Shown here: positions 28,540 to 38,295 of the stretch, one piece after another
Layout of the letters: each line of letters starts with the position of its first letter
How positions within the stretch are numbered: position 1 is the stretch's first letter
Source: an archaeon
GTDB taxonomy: Archaea; Nanobdellota; Nanobdellia; Pacearchaeales; GW2011-AR1
Direction: 5' to 3'
Length of the DNA: 51,706 bases
Assembly: GCA_043822125.1 (NCBI GenBank)
Contig: JBDRCB010000010.1
Location: forward strand, 1 to 51,706
Program-made: the position numbers and the translations under genes
Notes under the pieces: model-generated
What the model was told of the DNA's origin: nothing
Databases searched by the model: none
The model's input: only the letters and a program-made list of their open reading frames with translations

Positions 28540-29297
28540 TTAAAGATGTCTAGCCATTGCTTGAAGAATTTCATAAGCTGTTCCTCTTCTATCCTTTGCT
28601 GTAGTTATTGCTCCACCTATAACAAGAATGGAATTAGTGCAATCTTGAACTGCTAAATCTGGAGTATATAATTGTTTTTGACCTTCTCTTTGTATTCCTG
28701 CCCATTTAATTCCTGGTGTAACATACATAAAATCAGAACCAAATTCTTTTTCAAGTCCTCCTGCCTTATTTGCTGGACATACAACTCCATCTAATCCCCA
28801 TCCCTAGCAAGTTCTGTTCTTCTCCTAACCAAATTATCATATCCAAAATCTATACCTTCTTTTTTTAAATCATCGTCACTTATACTTGTTAATACAGTTA
28901 CACCGATTACTTTTGGTCTTTCTATTCCTATAACTTGTGCTCCTTCATAAGCTCCTTCAACTGCTTTTTTACACATGTTCTCTCCACTTTCTCCGACGTG
29001 AATATTAAAAAAAGAAACACCTGGAACTGCACTTGCTTTTGCTGCTCCATAAACTGTATTTGGAGTATCATGAAATTTCAAATCTAAAAATACTGCGCCT
29101 TTTCTATCAAAAATTTCTTTTACAATAGGTGTTCCTTTATTACATGCTGCAGTATGAAGTTCTTTACCTATTTTACACATTCCAACATAATCTGATAATT
29201 CTCCTGCGAGTGCTATTGCTTCTGCAACTGTAGGCACATCTAAGGCTAAACAAACTCTTCTTCTCGCTTCTTGTTCTTTTTGTGTTAATTGTATCAT
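28540..29297 (-). pseudogene. pyrF: Orotidine-5'-phosphate decarboxylase with a 1-bp deletion frameshift near 28801
   Basis: LALD, FLDLKFHDTPNTV and VTVLTS are in one frame; WGLDGVVCP...YVTPGI..Q..VIGGAIT continues in another. Confidence 0.9.
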
Positions 29298-30019
29298 TTT
29301 TTTTCTACTTTTGGAAAGCCACGTTTTTCTCCCCACCCAAAAGGGTCTACTTTCCATTTAGCTAACATTTCTACCTGTTGATCATTAATATATCCAGTAT
29401 CTTTAGCAACTTCTAATAAAGTATCATAAGTTAGTATTGATTTTGAAATACATGATGATGCAAGTTTTTTATTTTGTTTTTCATCATAAGCAATATTTCC
29501 TGCAAACATTTGGGTGGGTTTATCAAAACCATAATTAAATATTGAGTAACAATGATTGCAAACACCATTCGCATTTCTTAGTGCTTGAACAGCAGCAACA
29601 GAACTTCCCCCAGTAGAAATTAAATCTTCTATTAATATTCCTCTTTTTCCTTGTAAATTTGATTCTGCATCAATTCCTTCTATTTGATTTTTTAGCCCAT
29701 GATCTTTTGGTTTGTCTCTTACATAAACCATTGGTTTGAATAAATCATCTGCTAGTTTTTCTGCCCATGGTATTCCTGATGTAGATGTTCCAGCAATAAA
29801 ATCATATTTATCTCCTCCAGGAAAGAACCCTTCTCCATTCATAAGCTGTCGAAATCCTAATGTTATTAATCTTCTATATTCAGGAAACCAAAGAAACATT
29901 CTATTATCATTATAAATCGGCATTCTAAATCCAGAAGCCCATGTAAAAGGATTATCAGGTTTTAGTTTAATCGCCTTTATTTTCAAACCTGCTTTTGCAA
30001 CTTCTTCTCCATAATCCAT
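29294..30019 (-). CDS. pyrE: Orotate phosphoribosyltransferase
   Basis: PFTWASG..PIYNDNR, VYVRDKPKDHG, LIEDLISTGGSS. Confidence 0.95.
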   Translation of the reverse strand: MDYGEEVAKAGLKIKAIKLKPDNPFTWASGFRMPIYNDNRMFLWFPEYRRLITLGFRQLMNGEGFFPGGDKYDFIAGTSTSGIPWAEKLADDLFKPMVYVRDKPKDHGLKNQIEGIDAESNLQGKRGILIEDLISTGGSSVAAVQALRNANGVCNHCYSIFNYGFDKPTQMFAGNIAYDEKQNKKLASSCISKSILTYDTLLEVAKDTGYINDQQVEMLAKWKVDPFGWGEKRGFPKVEKK

Positions 30020-30087
30020 TTCAAATAAGATAAATTTAATTTAAAAAGATTATTATATTAAGAAGTCATATTTTGAATTATACAAAA

Positions 30088-30633
30088 ATGTGCCACATAT
30101 GCAACACCAAACCAGTCTATGAATTTACAAACAAAAGAAAATTATGCAAGAATTGTTTTATCAAATGGTTTGAAAAAAAAGCTTTGTATACTGCAAGAAA
30201 ATTTAATATGTTAAATAAAGGGGATTTTGTTTGTTATAAAAAAAGTAGTGATTTTAGAGATGTTGTCTTGGAAAATACCTTAAAGATGTTTGCTGAAAAA
30301 GGAAGGATTAAACTAACTAAAGGAAGAAAATATGACAAGTTTGCAATTCCTGTGACAATTAATTTAACTGCTTATGAGTTTGCTGATAAAATTATTAATA
30401 AGAGTGTTAAAAATATGAATGAATTTCTTCCTAAAAATAAAAAAATTATCAAACCACTTTATTTTTTTCTTGACGAGGAGGTTTTGCTGTATGTTCAATT
30501 AAAAAAACTTAAATTTAAAAAAATCAAGGAAAAGAAAAAAGACAAAATTTCGCAATTTATCAATGAACTGGAGAAAAAACACCCTGAAGTCAAAAGGGCG
30601 GTTGTCAGTAGCTATCTTAAATTATATTGCTGA
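30088..30633 (+). CDS. Degenerate TtcA/TtuA-like protein (Zn-finger present, PP-loop absent)
   Basis: CHIC...LCKNCF...IIKPLY..LDEEV..Y..., LEKKHPEVK; SGGKDS is missing. Confidence 0.6.
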   Translation: MCHICNTKPVYEFTNKRKLCKNCFIKWFEKKALYTARKFNMLNKGDFVCYKKSSDFRDVVLENTLKMFAEKGRIKLTKGRKYDKFAIPVTINLTAYEFADKIINKSVKNMNEFLPKNKKIIKPLYFFLDEEVLLYVQLKKLKFKKIKEKKKDKISQFINELEKKHPEVKRAVVSSYLKLYC

Positions 30634-30666
30634 TGATTATATATTTTCTTGAGTATGGGAAAAAGT

Positions 30667-32661
30667 TTAATCTTTCTTTTCTAATTTTTTGACAAATTCG
30701 TTTATGAATTTTTTATGCTCTTCTCTGTTTTTGATTTCTTTTATCTTATAATAGGCTGTGTTCCCTTCCTCGTGCTTTTGAGTTTTTATATTTGCTCCTA
30801 ATTTATCTCTTATTTTTTCTCCTATTAACACCTCTTCTTCAGACAATGAGGAAATTTTTTTTGCTGATGTAACCAGAGTTCCCATACTCATGAACTTCAA
30901 AACATTTTGTTCTTGCCTTGCAACAATTGCCCCGTAATTCACTGAAATTCCAAATTTTATTTTTTGTTTGAATAATCTATTATGATGGTTTAATTCTTCT
31001 TTTATTTTCTCAGCAAAATGTATCGCAGTATCTTCATTTCTGAATGTTTTGGTTCTTATCGGAGCAAAGATAAAAAATAAATATTCTTGATTTCTATAGA
31101 CAAATGCTTTTTTTTCATCTGACATATCAATTAATTTATTGACTGCTTCTTTTGCATTTCCTTCTCCTGATTCAATTTCTTTTGAATTTTTTATTTTCAG
31201 ACAGATAATGCTCACATCCTGTTTATCTCCTTTTATTGACAAGGAAAGTTCTGCTCTGTTTTTTACTCCTTCAGGGTTTTTTGAGTTTATTTCTCTTTCT
31301 TTATTTCTCCTTAATCCTGATAGATTTATTTTTCCTATAAAACTTTTGTTGTACCCCTTTTTGAAGATTATAAATGCTGTTAAAAAAAGAATAATTATTA
31401 TGAAAATCCAGGAGAGAGGATGCCTCATTATGTTCACAAATCCCTCTGAAAGTTCCTCTGCACTTATTGCTTTTCCTGTTAATAAAACCTGCTCGCTTAT
31501 TATGCTGTTTTCGTCGGCAATCACCTCCACTTGATATTCGCCGTTAGGAGCAGTTAAAGAATATTTCTGAACTTCATCTATTTTTAGATTAGTTTTGATG
31601 TTAATTGTCTGCTCGCTTATTTTTACAAGAACTGTTTCATTGTAGGGGACGTTTCCAATGTTGGTGATTATTAATGTGCTGTTAATAATATCTAATTTTA
31701 CTTTTTTATTTTCTGTTATTTTGAATTTTGCCTCTGCTGTCAGGCGGTTTGAAACAGATACTACTGTCCAATCCCTAGGAGGTTCGTTGTGTTTTATTGG
31801 AAGTTCAAAATACTCGTCTGTGGATATTTCCCTCTGCTCTAAAATTTTGTTGTTGTAGTCTTTTACTGTCATAATTGCTGTTGATTTTATTTTTTCGCCT
31901 GTCTGGTCGTGGAGAATTGATTTTACTCTTAAATCTGTTCCGGGTATTACTTCTTTTGTTTCAAATGCAATTTCTAAACTTGTTGGAATTTGACTGATGA
32001 CAATATTATATTCTGAAAATCCAATGTTTGTCTCCTGCCCCCACAAATCTTTTTCATATGCTTTTAAGTGGACAGTGTAAACTCCTGCTTTCATGTTTTT
32101 TAGGGTTTTCATTTTTATAGAAAAATATCCGTTGCTGATTGATTCTGTTTGGGAGATTGAGGTTGAATTTTTTAAAATTAAATCTATGGATATAAATCCG
32201 TTTGAGTTTTTTCCATTTTCTTTTATTGCTCTTCCCCCCGCAATGATTTCTTCTCCTGGATTGAATTCAACTCTCAGGTTTTCTGTTGTTATGCTGATTT
32301 TGTCTGAAATTTTAAATTCATTTGACAGGTCATAATCGTCGAGAATCATTGCCTTTATTTTGCAGGCCCCGCGCATATTTTCTATCTGCTCGTTTGTGAG
32401 AATCAAAGACGCTTCTATCCTTTTTTCTTCGCCGGAAAGGAGATTTATTCCGTTTGTGTAAAAATTTGCTTCTTTTCCACTGCAGATTAAATTCATTTTC
32501 AATATACTTGTTATTGCTGAAGATGATTTTACAATTACTGGGACCTGTATTGTGTCTCCTATGTTGCTAATTTCAGGAATTTGCTGAGTTATTTTAATTT
32601 CCGCAGAAATATTTGAGAGTAGAAAGATTGCAAAAATAAATAAAATAACCTCTTTTTTCAT
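30667..32661 (-). CDS. Single-pass membrane protein with a large extracellular region and a class III cyclase-like cytoplasmic domain
   Basis: Signal peptide, TM helix near aa 415-435, VSIICLKI...FGISVNYG.IV...MGTLVTSAKKISSLS..EVLIGE. Confidence 0.6.
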   Translation of the reverse strand: MKKEVILFIFAIFLLSNISAEIKITQQIPEISNIGDTIQVPVIVKSSSAITSILKMNLICSGKEANFYTNGINLLSGEEKRIEASLILTNEQIENMRGACKIKAMILDDYDLSNEFKISDKISITTENLRVEFNPGEEIIAGGRAIKENGKNSNGFISIDLILKNSTSISQTESISNGYFSIKMKTLKNMKAGVYTVHLKAYEKDLWGQETNIGFSEYNIVISQIPTSLEIAFETKEVIPGTDLRVKSILHDQTGEKIKSTAIMTVKDYNNKILEQREISTDEYFELPIKHNEPPRDWTVVSVSNRLTAEAKFKITENKKVKLDIINSTLIITNIGNVPYNETVLVKISEQTINIKTNLKIDEVQKYSLTAPNGEYQVEVIADENSIISEQVLLTGKAISAEELSEGFVNIMRHPLSWIFIIIILFLTAFIIFKKGYNKSFIGKINLSGLRRNKEREINSKNPEGVKNRAELSLSIKGDKQDVSIICLKIKNSKEIESGEGNAKEAVNKLIDMSDEKKAFVYRNQEYLFFIFAPIRTKTFRNEDTAIHFAEKIKEELNHHNRLFKQKIKFGISVNYGAIVARQEQNVLKFMSMGTLVTSAKKISSLSEEEVLIGEKIRDKLGANIKTQKHEEGNTAYYKIKEIKNREEHKKFINEFVKKLEKKD

Positions 32662-32743
32662 TTTATAATTTAATGATGTCTTATTTATAAATATTTGGTG
32701 ATTTTTAGATAATGTTTAAAAATGCAGATGGTTTTAATTGAAT

Positions 32744-33865
32744 ATGCCAAAAGATATGAAGGTGACGCCGTGGGAGGTTTCTGGAAAAGTTGATTATGAT
32801 AGGTTAGTGAGGGAGTTTGGACTGGAAAAAATTGACAATGAAATTTTGAAAAGAATAGAGGAGCATTCTGGGGATCTGCATTTTATGCTGAGGAGAGGAA
32901 TTTTTTTTGCAGGACGGGATTTAAAATGGATTTTGGATGAATATGACAAAGGTAATAAGTTTTTTCTTTATACTGGGAGAGGGCCCTCTGGACCTGTGCA
33001 CCTTGGGCATTTAGGAACATGGATTTTTACTAAATGGTTGCAGGAGGTTTTTGATGCAGAGCTGTGGTTTCAGTTTACTGACGATGAAAAATTTATGTTT
33101 AGTGAAAAATCCTATGAAGAGATAGACAGATGGACTTATGAAAATATGCTCGACATTATTGCATTGGGTTTTAATCCCAAAAAAACTTTTTTTCTAATTG
33201 ACACTAAACATGCTGGATTGATGTATAAAGAAGCTACAAAAGTCGCGAGGAAGATTACTTTTTCAATGGTTAAATCTTCTTTTGGAATGAACAACGAGGA
33301 CAATGTCGGCAAGATTTTTTTTACAAGTGTTCAGGCAGTTCCTGCATTTTTGCCTTCTGTAATTAAGAAAAAAAAGATTCCGTGCTTAATTCCTCATGCT
33401 GTTGATCAAGACCCTCATTTTAGATTAACAAGAGATATCCTTCCTAAACTCGGATATTACAAACCAGCGAGTATTCAGGGCTCTTTTCTGCCTCCTCTTA
33501 CTGGAAGTGAAGGAAAAATGAGCAGCAGTGAATCTGGTGTTGCGGTTTTGACAACAGACTCTCCGAAAGAAGTTGAGAGGAAAATAAAAAAATATGCTTT
33601 TTCAGGAGGACGGCCGACAGTTGAGGAGCACAGGAAAAAAGGAGGGAATCCTGACGTAGATGTTTCATTTCAATATCTAAAAATGTTTTTTGAACCAGAC
33701 GACGAGAAACTTAAAAAAATTGAGGATGATTATAGAGGTGGTAGAATGACAACTGCTGAATTAAAAGATTATCTTATTGAAAAAATAAATGCATTTTTAA
33801 AACAGCATCAGAAGAGAAGAGAAGAAGCGAAGAAGAGGGTTGAGGAGTTTATTTTTAAGGTTTAA
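32744..33865 (+). CDS. trpS: Tryptophan-tRNA ligase (archaeal type)
   Basis: VTPWEV, YTGRGPS, HLGH, DQDPHFR, KMSSS, AFSGG. Confidence 0.97.
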   Translation: MPKDMKVTPWEVSGKVDYDRLVREFGLEKIDNEILKRIEEHSGDLHFMLRRGIFFAGRDLKWILDEYDKGNKFFLYTGRGPSGPVHLGHLGTWIFTKWLQEVFDAELWFQFTDDEKFMFSEKSYEEIDRWTYENMLDIIALGFNPKKTFFLIDTKHAGLMYKEATKVARKITFSMVKSSFGMNNEDNVGKIFFTSVQAVPAFLPSVIKKKKIPCLIPHAVDQDPHFRLTRDILPKLGYYKPASIQGSFLPPLTGSEGKMSSSESGVAVLTTDSPKEVERKIKKYAFSGGRPTVEEHRKKGGNPDVDVSFQYLKMFFEPDDEKLKKIEDDYRGGRMTTAELKDYLIEKINAFLKQHQKRREEAKKRVEEFIFKV

Positions 33866-34482
33866 CCAATTAAATCTTCTAATTTTTCTTTTTCTTTTAG
33901 GACTTTTGGAACATAAAATTGAGTTTCTTTTGGCATTTTAGAGAGGTCAAAACTATTTTTAAGATATCTTCCTATTCCTCCATTATAAGAGGCTAAAAAA
34001 TGTTTTGTTTTTTCTTTTTCAGAAAGTTTATTCCATTTTTTATTGTATATTTTTAATGCATTATCAAGCCACTGAAAATAATCTAATCCTGTTTTTATGT
34101 TTGTTTCAGGAGAGAAAACTTTTTCATACCCATTTAAATTTCCATTAACTTCCCTCCAAACACAAGGCATTATTTGAAGCAGACCTCTTGCACCTGCACT
34201 ACTCATTAAATGAATATTGTCGTTAGATTCAACTTTTACTATTGCTCTTACTAGCGACGGAGAGATATATCTTGGATAGTTTTCTTTTTGAGACATTTGC
34301 TTGAGTATTAGAGAATAAATCCAGTCGTTATTTATTTTTTTTACTAGCTCCGATCTTGTTGAATAAAATTCTTTTTTTATTTCTTCAGCATCTGCTCGTG
34401 GCAGATTGTAAAAACTTCCCGCTGTCAAAATACCAGATAAGACAGCATATTTTATAATATCTGAAAATTTTTTTGATGTCAT
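33862..34482 (-). CDS. Lytic transglycosylase (SLT/GH23 domain)
   Basis: AIVKVES, SSAGARGLLQIMP, ASYNGG, ETQFYVPKV; hydrophobic N-terminal signal. Confidence 0.9.
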   Translation of the reverse strand: MTSKKFSDIIKYAVLSGILTAGSFYNLPRADAEEIKKEFYSTRSELVKKINNDWIYSLILKQMSQKENYPRYISPSLVRAIVKVESNDNIHLMSSAGARGLLQIMPCVWREVNGNLNGYEKVFSPETNIKTGLDYFQWLDNALKIYNKKWNKLSEKEKTKHFLASYNGGIGRYLKNSFDLSKMPKETQFYVPKVLKEKEKLEDLIG

Positions 34483-34561
34483 TTTCACAGTTAGTTTTTT
34501 GTATTTTATGAAAAAATTAATTTTTAAGAAAAAAACTATTTATAAATTTTTCGCTATGTTT

Positions 34562-35230
34562 TTATAATTTTTTTAAATTATATTTCTCATTTTCAATTAA
34601 AGAAGGTATTATATAATCAGCAGTTACTCCTAAATCATGAGCAAGAATGATGCTTCCTTCTTTGTTTGTATCACAATTATGCATAATTTTGTTTAAACTT
34701 TTTTTATGTCTATTTGAGTAATATTTCCAATCTTCTGTATCTACATCCCAGAAAAATGTTTGATATCCATTTTCTCTTAAAAACTCTGCGATATTTCTTT
34801 TATTTTTTCCTCCATCGTCCCCGTAGGGAAACCTAAATAATCTTGGATTTTTAATATTTAGTTTATTATAGATATTTTCAATTACATCATGTGTTTTTGT
34901 TATTTCCCATTTTGCTCTATCCAAGTTAATTCCTGAAAAAAATGGATGAGTAAAAGAATGATTTCCAACGCTGTGTCCTTTTTCCAATGCTTTATATACA
35001 ACCGGAAGAGTGTTTGTATTTATCTGGCTTCCAATTAGAAAAAATGTAGATGGGTTTTCATCTTCTAGAGTGTTGAGTATTTTTTCCATATACATACGCG
35101 GGCCGTCGTCTATTGTTAGATAAATATTTATCTTATTGCCTAATCCCGCATTTGCAAATTTTGGAATCCTTTCTATAAATAGACCTGCTCCTACTCTTAC
35201 ACACCATTTTAAGAAATTTCTTCTATTCAT
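34562..35230 (-). CDS. Polysaccharide deacetylase (NodB/CE4) with Tat-like signal
   Basis: MNRRNFLK, LTIDDGP, GNHSFTH, FRFPYG, WDVDTEDW, ILAHD. Confidence 0.92.
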   Translation of the reverse strand: MNRRNFLKWCVRVGAGLFIERIPKFANAGLGNKINIYLTIDDGPRMYMEKILNTLEDENPSTFFLIGSQINTNTLPVVYKALEKGHSVGNHSFTHPFFSGINLDRAKWEITKTHDVIENIYNKLNIKNPRLFRFPYGDDGGKNKRNIAEFLRENGYQTFFWDVDTEDWKYYSNRHKKSLNKIMHNCDTNKEGSIILAHDLGVTADYIIPSLIENEKYNLKKL

Positions 35231-35369
35231 AATATTGATTAATTTTTATATTTTATAAATCTTTGTTTTGTGACTATTTTGAAGTGATTACTTATCCTTG
35301 GATAAATTCTTTTAGATGTTGTTTATTTATTGAAGATAATTTTATAAAATCATTTTGTGTAAATAATTC

Positions 35370-37088
35370 ATGAAAATTTTATCCCTGCATACTGATTATA
35401 TAAAATTCAAGCCCTTGAAAAAGGCACTGAAGAAAATTGAGCCTTTGTCTGATGCTGAAAAAGAAGAGAGGCATGTTGAAAATGCACTTGCTATTATGAC
35501 TGCTGTTGAAAAGCACGATACTGATGTGAAGGGTGTTGTTGAAAAACTTGTCGAGGAGATAAAGCTAATTGCAGAGCAGATTAATGTTGAAAATATTGTT
35601 CTTTATCCTTATGCACATTTGTCGAGTGAACTGGCAGTGCCTGAGCTTGCTGTTAATGTTCTGAATGAAGCAGAAAAAGCACTGAAAAAATTTTTCAAGG
35701 TTTTCCGCGCGCCGTTTGGATATTACAAAGAATTTGAAATGAAAGTGAAGGGGCATCCTTTGAGTGAGTTGAGTAGGGAAATAAGGATTAAAGGAAGAGA
35801 GGACAGCGATGATTATAATCCTAAAAACCTACTGAAAGAAATTTCAAAAGTTAAACTCGATTCTTCGAAACTTAAAGAAAATGATCACAGAATTTTAGGA
35901 CAGCAAATGGATTTGTTTAGTTTTTCTGAGATTGCACCTGGAATGGTTTTTTGGCATAACAATGGATTGATAATAAGGAAGGAATTGGTTAGTTTCTGGA
36001 GAGAAATGCATAGAAAAAATGAATATCAGGAGATTTCAACACCGCAGATTTTGGACAAGAGATTGTGGCAAATTTCAGGGCATTGGGAAAAATACAAGGA
36101 GAATATTTTCTTAACTGATTATGAGAAAAGGATTTTTGCTGTGAAGCCGATGAATTGTCCAGGAGGGATTTTGATTTTTAAAAATAAGCCAAAGAGTTAC
36201 AGGGATTTGCCTCTTCGCGTCGGTGAACTTGGAGTTGTGCACAGACAGGAATTATCAGGAGTTTTAGGCGGATTGTTCAGAGTTATTCAGTTCACACAGG
36301 ATGATGCTCATATTTACTGCACAGAAAAACAAGTGGAAGATGAGCTAAAAAGAGTTATTGATTTGGTTTCTGATTTTTATAAAATTTTTAACCTGCCTTT
36401 TAGAGTCGAGATTTCCACTCGCCCTGAAAAAAGAATTGGCGACGATAAATTGTGGGATAAAGCAGAAGCAATTTTGAAGAAAGTTGTAAAAGAAAAAAAA
36501 TTAAATTCAAAAATCAACGAAGGGGACGGAGCTTTTTATGGACCTAAAGTTGATTTTCATGTAACAGATTCTCTTGGAAGAAACTGGCAGTGTGCGACTT
36601 TGCAGCTGGATTTTGCAATGCCTGAAAGATTTGAACTTGAATATACTGACAAAGACAACAAGAAAAAAAGACCTGTAATGCTGCATAGAACTATTTACGG
36701 AAGTTTGGAGAGATTTATTGGAATTCTTATTGAGCATTATAAGGGAAGATTTCCGACATGGCTTGCTCCTGTGCAGGTAAGAGTTTTGAATTTTACAGAT
36801 AGAAATAAAAATTATGCTGAAAAAATTACAGAAGAATTAAAAAATAAGATTCCAAATTTAAGAATTGATTTTGATTTTTCTCAGACAACTGTTCCTTCTA
36901 AAGTTAAGGATGCTGAAATGATGAAAGTGCCGTATATAATTGTAGTTGGCGACAAAGAGGAAAAAGAAAACACTGTTGCTGTGCGTGTGCGGGGCAGTAA
37001 AGAAATTCAGAATTCTAGTGTTGAGGATTTTGCGGAGAAGGTGAAGAGGGAGATTGAGAGGAGAGAAATAGGAAAGTTTAAAGATTGA
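35370..37088 (+). CDS. thrS: Threonine-tRNA ligase
   Basis: LYPYAHLS editing domain; DHRILG, KPMNCPG, FTQDDAH, GAFYGPK, GSLERF. Confidence 0.97.
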   Translation: MKILSLHTDYIKFKPLKKALKKIEPLSDAEKEERHVENALAIMTAVEKHDTDVKGVVEKLVEEIKLIAEQINVENIVLYPYAHLSSELAVPELAVNVLNEAEKALKKFFKVFRAPFGYYKEFEMKVKGHPLSELSREIRIKGREDSDDYNPKNLLKEISKVKLDSSKLKENDHRILGQQMDLFSFSEIAPGMVFWHNNGLIIRKELVSFWREMHRKNEYQEISTPQILDKRLWQISGHWEKYKENIFLTDYEKRIFAVKPMNCPGGILIFKNKPKSYRDLPLRVGELGVVHRQELSGVLGGLFRVIQFTQDDAHIYCTEKQVEDELKRVIDLVSDFYKIFNLPFRVEISTRPEKRIGDDKLWDKAEAILKKVVKEKKLNSKINEGDGAFYGPKVDFHVTDSLGRNWQCATLQLDFAMPERFELEYTDKDNKKKRPVMLHRTIYGSLERFIGILIEHYKGRFPTWLAPVQVRVLNFTDRNKNYAEKITEELKNKIPNLRIDFDFSQTTVPSKVKDAEMMKVPYIIVVGDKEEKENTVAVRVRGSKEIQNSSVEDFAEKVKREIERREIGKFKD

Positions 37089-37105
37089 AATTTCTTGATT
37101 GTTTA

Positions 37106-37507
37106 ATGAAGGAAGAAATAAAGAATGATACAATTTTTATGGAAAATGTTGAACGAGGCATTAAAGAAAAAATCATTAAATTTTCTGATGATAAAAAGCG
37201 AATAACTTATTTTTGTAAGCGAGAGTATTCTACTACTTTTACAAATCCAGAGGAAAAAGTAAGGGCTTCTTATTTTGTGGAGTTAGTTTTGGATAAAAAA
37301 TATCCTAAAGAAAATATTGATATTGAAGTAAAAGTTGAGCGAAGAATACCAGATGATAGAGCTGATATTGTTGTTTATGATGAAGATGGACACGATTATT
37401 TAATCGTTGAATGTAAAAAAGATGGCATTACTGACGCTGAATTTAAACAAGCAATAGAACAAGCGTTTGGAATTGCAACTTTTTTAAGGTGGACTATTTG
37501 CAATTAA
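37106..37507 (+). pseudogene. Truncated HsdR_N-type restriction enzyme domain (R-M remnant)
   Basis: PEEKVRA..., RADIVVY...IVECKK...AIEQAFG, then an abrupt stop. Confidence 0.7.
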
Positions 37508-37514
37508 TTCTAAG

Positions 37515-37865
37515 TTAGTGTGTTAAAACAGGACTTTTTTCTTTGATGTGCGGAATTAAGAAGTTCGCTGTCTCCTCCTGTCCGTCTGCAATAATCTTGA
37601 ATTTTATTCCTTCTATGTTTCTAAAATTAATTATTTCTGTTCTAACTTCATTTATCTTTGATGCTTCTTTTATTTTTGAAAAAAATCTATTTAAAATATC
37701 AGAGATATTTAATATCTGAATAGCAACTAAATCTCCTTTGCTGTCAAAGTCCAACACGAAATTTCCCAACTCTACTGCCCCTGAAGATTTCTTGCCCTCT
37801 AAATAAACAAACAAATCATCACTTTCCAAATCATAATTAAAATTAAATTTTTTCATTTTACCCAA
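37515..37865 (-). CDS. DUF2283-like protein (putative antitoxin)
   Basis: YDLESDDLFVY...VLDFDSKGDLVAIQILNIS. Confidence 0.8.
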   Translation of the reverse strand: MGKMKKFNFNYDLESDDLFVYLEGKKSSGAVELGNFVLDFDSKGDLVAIQILNISDILNRFFSKIKEASKINEVRTEIINFRNIEGIKFKIIADGQEETANFLIPHIKEKSPVLTH

Positions 37866-38169
37866 TTGCCTTTTGCCAGTTTCTATTTATTTTAATGATA
37901 GTTACTATAATAATCTTTTGGTTTATTGTTAAGGTATATCTGTGATAAAGATGTTTTGAATAGGAAAAATAGCAATCATATTTTTCTTCTCCTTTAAATT
38001 TTGCATCCTGTTTTTTAGCGTAAACCAACCTCACAGGATTAACAATATTTTCTTTAACTTCTTCTAAATCCACATTTCTAACAAATGCCTGCAAATCTGC
38101 ATGGTCTGTGATAATTATATCTGATTTTTTATATTCTCTTAATTTTGTTTTTAATTGCTCTAATTCCAT
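37858..38169 (-). CDS. DUF4258/RelE-like putative toxin
   Basis: IIITDHA...R.V...V...I.NP..., IIIVTII; overlaps the DUF2283-like gene. Confidence 0.6.
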   Translation of the reverse strand: MELEQLKTKLREYKKSDIIITDHADLQAFVRNVDLEEVKENIVNPVRLVYAKKQDAKFKGEEKYDCYFSYSKHLYHRYTLTINQKIIIVTIIKINRNWQKAIG

Positions 38170-38295
38170 TACTAAATAATATCATTTTCTTTAAATAGCC
38201 TTTTATCTTTGAGTTTTTATTAAGATAATATTGAAAATTAAAAAGTGAATGGAAACCTCCTAAAAAAATATAAACTTTGTTTTTTCTATATTAAA

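Noticed and set aside
28791-28793. TAG readthrough (pyrrolysine or recoding) in pyrF
   Set aside because: The downstream conserved sequence is in a different frame, so this is an indel and not an in-frame stop.
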